From Alphaproteobacteria bacterium (lineage in GTDB: Bacteria; Pseudomonadota; Alphaproteobacteria; UBA9219; RGZA01): a stretch of 64,000 bases of DNA. Made by a program: the position numbers and the translations under genes. Where the stretch lies: assembly GCA_041917755.1 (NCBI GenBank), contig JAYRWY010000016.1:37932-101931 (forward strand), in the 5' to 3' direction. Below are positions 60,564 to 64,000 of the stretch, piece after piece (the stretch's first letter is position 1; each line of letters begins with the position of its first letter). The notes below the pieces were generated by a model, which did not search any database, was not told the DNA's origin, and worked only from the letters and a program-made list of their open reading frames with translations.

Positions 60564-60740
60564 TTGTTCAATTTGAACAACGCATAAAATTGCTGATTAT
60601 AAAATTTCAATTTGCAAAAAACGAAAACGCATTTTTGCAGATAAAAAATCGTCAAACAAATTTTTGCTAAACCACTCTTTTCAACTAATCGAAGTGTTTC
60701 ACGTGAAACACTTGGACTAAGCCTTTGTTTCACGGCAGTT
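60564..60740. repeat. AT-rich convergent intergenic region carrying three palindromes. One is a 22-bp perfect palindrome centred on CACGTG. A TGTTTCACG direct repeat is also present.
   Basis: TTGTTCAA-T-TTGAACAA at 60564-60580. TGCAAAAA-n11-TTTTTGCA at 60613-60639. AAGTGTTTCACGTGAAACACTT at 60692-60713. TGTTTCACGG again at 60726. Confidence 0.6.
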
Positions 60741-60748
60741 TTATAAAA

Positions 60749-61636
60749 CTAACCGTTTTGTCCAGCATTCGCGCGGCGCGGTTGCTGTAAAATCAGACCA
60801 ATATTCGCGGCAATCACAATCGCACCGCCCACATAAATCCACACACTCGGCACATCACCAAACACGATATATCCTGCAACCGCGCCATACACCAGTTGCA
60901 AAAATTGCGGCGGGCTGGAATATGCGGTTGGCGCAAGTTTATACGCAGTCGACAATAATATCTGCGCAAAACAACAAAATACCCCGCCCAGTAACATCCA
61001 CATCAAACCCGTTAGTTCAATCGCCTGCGGTGCCATCCATGCGGGGATAACCGCGCCAATCGCCAAGGCCGCGGTCGTCGTAATGCTGGTCATTTCGGTG
61101 GATTCCGTTTGCATCATCTTGCGCAGCAATACCAGCGAACATGACAACACAAAGGTTCCGGCAAACAGCACCAGCATCCAGATGTTAAATCCTTGATCCG
61201 GACGCAGCGCAATTAATACGCCAATAAAATTCACCAACAGAATTAGCCATACATAGGGCTTGATGGTTTCTTTCAACGTCAGCGCGGAAATCAAAATCAC
61301 AATCACTGGCATCGTAAAAATCAACACGTAAAATTCAGCCAGTGATACATGCGGCAATGCCAGATACGCGCAGCTCTGCCCGATAATTTGCGTTATCCCG
61401 CGCGCGATATGCAACTTGGGTTTGTGGATTTGAAAAACCGCTTTGCTATCTGCCTTATATCGCACCAACACATAGCCAACCATGATGATACAGCCAGCCG
61501 CATAGCTCACCGCCATGATTTGAAATACCGAACTCGACTGCGTCAGATATTTGGCCAGCGTATCGAATAATGTAAAAAACAAAAACGCAACCGCCGATGT
61601 GAGCGCGCCAAGTATCGCCGATGAATGCTGCTTCAT
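60749..61636 (-). CDS. DMT-superfamily (EamA-like) transporter
   Basis: 10 predicted TM helices, duplicated EamA domain. Confidence 0.75.
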   Translation of the reverse strand: MKQHSSAILGALTSAVAFLFFTLFDTLAKYLTQSSSVFQIMAVSYAAGCIIMVGYVLVRYKADSKAVFQIHKPKLHIARGITQIIGQSCAYLALPHVSLAEFYVLIFTMPVIVILISALTLKETIKPYVWLILLVNFIGVLIALRPDQGFNIWMLVLFAGTFVLSCSLVLLRKMMQTESTEMTSITTTAALAIGAVIPAWMAPQAIELTGLMWMLLGGVFCCFAQILLSTAYKLAPTAYSSPPQFLQLVYGAVAGYIVFGDVPSVWIYVGGAIVIAANIGLILQQPRRANAGQNG

Positions 61637-62559
61637 GGAGTTGGAACCTTTGTCTGCTGGCGAGACTGCAGATAAATGATCAAGGCATTACTCATAATAA
61701 TGCAAGCGGCGCCCATAATCACTGCGGGTTCCGGGAGCTTATGGTTCAGCACCGCATGGGCAATGCTCCCCCAGAAAAATTGCAGGAACTGACACGGCGC
61801 AATCAGATAAATCGGCGCCATTTTATAACCATGCGCGTTGCAGAAAAACGCTGCCGTTGTGAACACACCGGTTGCCAAAACCTGCAACAAATGCTCTTGG
61901 GCAATGGGCTTAAATTGCAATGCCACAGGAAATGAAAAGAACACCACCAGCAATACAATGGGATAAAAGATTAGCGATAACGCTGTATCTTTACGGCCTA
62001 AAAACCGCCCCATCAATGCTGTGCATCCGAAAAGACATGCTGCAATCAGTACGTAAATACTATGTGTATTAAATCCCTCTGTTCCGGGGCGCAGCGCAAT
62101 GATCAGCCCAACAAACCCGGTAAGCAACGCAGCCATTTTGGCAAAGCCAATCGGTTCTTTTAAAAACAGGCCCGACAAACTTACCGCCAATAATGGCCCG
62201 ATAAAAATGATGGTGTAAAAATTGGGCAGTGGCACATCTTTAATCGCCACAAATACCAATACCGTACCAATCGCCAATAATGATCCGCGCACGATATGGG
62301 TCTTTAAATGTCCAGTGTACAATACAACTTTTAAACCGTTCCATCCTTTGCGAAAAAACAGGACCGCCACCAAGACCACCAGTACCATCACGCAATTCAT
62401 CCATGTGAGCTGCAAGGACGGGTAAAGATGGGTGTTAACCGACATCAATACGTCTTGGCAGCTGAAAAAGAAGAAGCCAAAAAACGCGCATAACATCCCC
62501 CGTAGCGCAAGCTTGTGGCTGGTTGCCGCATGGCTGTGGTTGGGGGTGGGTACGGTCAT
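61633..62559 (-). CDS. DMT-superfamily (EamA-like) transporter, tandem paralog
   Basis: 10 TM helices. Its stop overlaps the downstream paralog's start by 4 nt. Confidence 0.75.
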   Translation of the reverse strand: MTVPTPNHSHAATSHKLALRGMLCAFFGFFFFSCQDVLMSVNTHLYPSLQLTWMNCVMVLVVLVAVLFFRKGWNGLKVVLYTGHLKTHIVRGSLLAIGTVLVFVAIKDVPLPNFYTIIFIGPLLAVSLSGLFLKEPIGFAKMAALLTGFVGLIIALRPGTEGFNTHSIYVLIAACLFGCTALMGRFLGRKDTALSLIFYPIVLLVVFFSFPVALQFKPIAQEHLLQVLATGVFTTAAFFCNAHGYKMAPIYLIAPCQFLQFFWGSIAHAVLNHKLPEPAVIMGAACIIMSNALIIYLQSRQQTKVPTP

Positions 62560-62672
62560 AACTGCGCGTCCAAAGGGTTAAATGAGGGTTTTCTTTTTGT
62601 TTTGATTTTCGCTAGTATCGGGGTCGAAGAATAACCCCACAACACATTTTATTGTTACCCGTTTTTAGAATC

Positions 62673-63575
62673 ATGAATCGCCGCGCGGCACTTACACTTG
62701 GCATCTCGGTTGCCCTTTTAGTCATCTACATCTTCTACTGGTTTGACGTGAAGGGGGATGTAGTTGCGCGTTATGAAGCCTGGCAAAAAGAACAAATTGC
62801 CCAAGGCGCATCCATCAACTGCGATATGAACACCGGCGGTTTCCCGTTTGCCGTGACCATGCGTTGCAATGATTTCAAATATGAGCGCCCGGATGTGTTC
62901 CGTATTTCTGTGCCCGATTTGAAACTGGCAGTTAACCCCCTCACCCCGTTTCGCATCACGGCTACATCCGATAACACAAGCAAATTCTTTTTTTATAAGG
63001 CGAATTATACCTTTACTACCAAAGGTCTGATGCTGAGCGTTGCGCGCCCATTATTCAAACCCCACTCAAAGAATGATAATGGTCTGTTTGTGCAGGCGCA
63101 TTTAACGTCACTGGGTCTTGATGAAAACCACAAGGTTGCCCTTGGCAATCTGGTGCAAGAATTGAGCTTTAAAGCGAAATTAAAGGGCATTGCCCCGCAA
63201 TTGGATAACAAAAAATCCATTGAAGAATGGCGCGACAGCGAAGGCAGCATTGAATTTGACCGCGTGCTGTTGAACTGGGGTTCACTCACCATCAATGCCA
63301 AGGGAAATTTGACGCTGGATAAGAATGACCAGCCTAACGCCACCTTGAACAGCAGCATCAGCGGTTATGAACAAGCGATTGATGTACTGCGCGAACAAAA
63401 CCAGGTTCAGCCAATTGTTGCGAGCGTGATTAAAGCTGCACTTAAATTATTGGAAGACCCCAAAACACCTGCGGGTGAAGCAAAAACCATCCGCGTGCCC
63501 ATTACGATTAAAGACAGCAAGTTGTCGATTGCGGGCGTGGATATTACCAGCTGGGATCCATACCCCGTACCGTAA
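62673..63575 (+). CDS. Hypothetical membrane-anchored protein, DUF2125-like
   Basis: I chose ATG at 62673 because the track start is TTG. Single N-terminal TM (ALTLGISVALLVIYIFYWF). The rest is probably periplasmic. Confidence 0.45.
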   Translation: MNRRAALTLGISVALLVIYIFYWFDVKGDVVARYEAWQKEQIAQGASINCDMNTGGFPFAVTMRCNDFKYERPDVFRISVPDLKLAVNPLTPFRITATSDNTSKFFFYKANYTFTTKGLMLSVARPLFKPHSKNDNGLFVQAHLTSLGLDENHKVALGNLVQELSFKAKLKGIAPQLDNKKSIEEWRDSEGSIEFDRVLLNWGSLTINAKGNLTLDKNDQPNATLNSSISGYEQAIDVLREQNQVQPIVASVIKAALKLLEDPKTPAGEAKTIRVPITIKDSKLSIAGVDITSWDPYPVP

Positions 63576-64000
63576 TTATTCTACCAATTTTCCATCAACC
63601 AGTTTGATATTGCGCGATGCCAGCGATGCAAAATGCGGGTCATGGGTAACAACAATCACCGTGTGTCCGGCCTTACTTAAATTTTGCAAAATATCAAAGA
63701 CCGCTTGGCCGTTTTTACTATCCAATGAACCGGTGGGTTCATCCGCCATCAGGATGCGCGGATTATTGGCAAGCGCACGGGCAATGGCCACGCGTTGACG
63801 CTGCCCGCCAGAGAGTTGTGAGGGGTATTTATATTCCTGCCCTTTCATATCGAGCATGGCCAGCGTTTCTTTGGCACTGGCAATCAATTGCTCGTCACTG
63901 GCCTTTTGTAATTTGCGCATCGGCACCAATACATTTTCAAGAATGGTAAGTTCAGGCAGCAAAAAATGAAATTGGAACACAAACCCAAAATGGGATAACC
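63576..64000 (-). CDS. ABC transporter ATP-binding protein (LolD/MacB-like). C-terminal part only; the 5' end lies beyond the window.
   Basis: ABC signature LSGGQRQRVAIARAL, Walker B ILMADEPTGSLD, H-loop VTHD. Confidence 0.85.
   Translation of the reverse strand, partial: LSHFGFVFQFHFLLPELTILENVLVPMRKLQKASDEQLIASAKETLAMLDMKGQEYKYPSQLSGGQRQRVAIARALANNPRILMADEPTGSLDSKNGQAVFDILQNLSKAGHTVIVVTHDPHFASLASRNIKLVDGKLVE

Overview
Start-codon coordinates are more reliable than product calls for the three unknowns. No similarity search was run; all family calls rest on motifs I recognise. This is a 64 kb chromosomal segment with about 50% GC, and gene content and order mark it as an alphaproteobacterium. 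Order-diagnostic blocks are serC-serA, pth-rplY-prs, rpsT-dnaA-dnaN-recF, olsB-olsA, miaB-ybeY-corC-lnt-HTH-metK-trmB, rimP-nusA-infB-rbfA-truB-rpsO-pnp and phaC-phaA-phaB with phaR. Family-level markers are a MucR/Ros regulator, an AcpXL-like acyl carrier protein, and DUF4167- and DUF2125-like proteins. The window is mostly core housekeeping genes, and I could place about 60 CDS, one tRNA and several intrinsic terminators. The left edge (1-569) holds a 5'-partial P4-type tyrosine integrase next to tRNA-Ser(GGA). This is the boundary of a genomic island or prophage whose body lies outside the window. Three places look foreign or odd and are the best candidates for something undescribed. First, a low-GC gene for an atypical kinase-fold protein sits between rbfA and truB inside the conserved translation-factor operon. 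Second, an AT-rich (about 36% GC) single-gene islet just after the pnp terminator encodes a protein with a canonical HEPN R[N]xxxH motif, and it overlaps the start of a TauE/SafE permease. Third, a tight NUDIX / SAM-methyltransferase-like / membrane protein string follows phaB, and the membrane protein carries two complete DnaJ-type (CxxCxGxG)x4 zinc-finger modules. Smaller observations: the MucR homolog has lost two of four zinc ligands. Phased TTGCAT repeats lie upstream of the HTH gene next to metK. An attenuator-like rimP leader is present. A palindrome cluster sits in the convergent region after fabF. A phasin-like ORF overlaps phaC by 275 nt. lpxD sits beside an AcpXL-like ACP and a KAS-II. 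An OsmC-like gene is inserted between dnaA and dnaN. I found no CRISPR array, transposase or rRNA.
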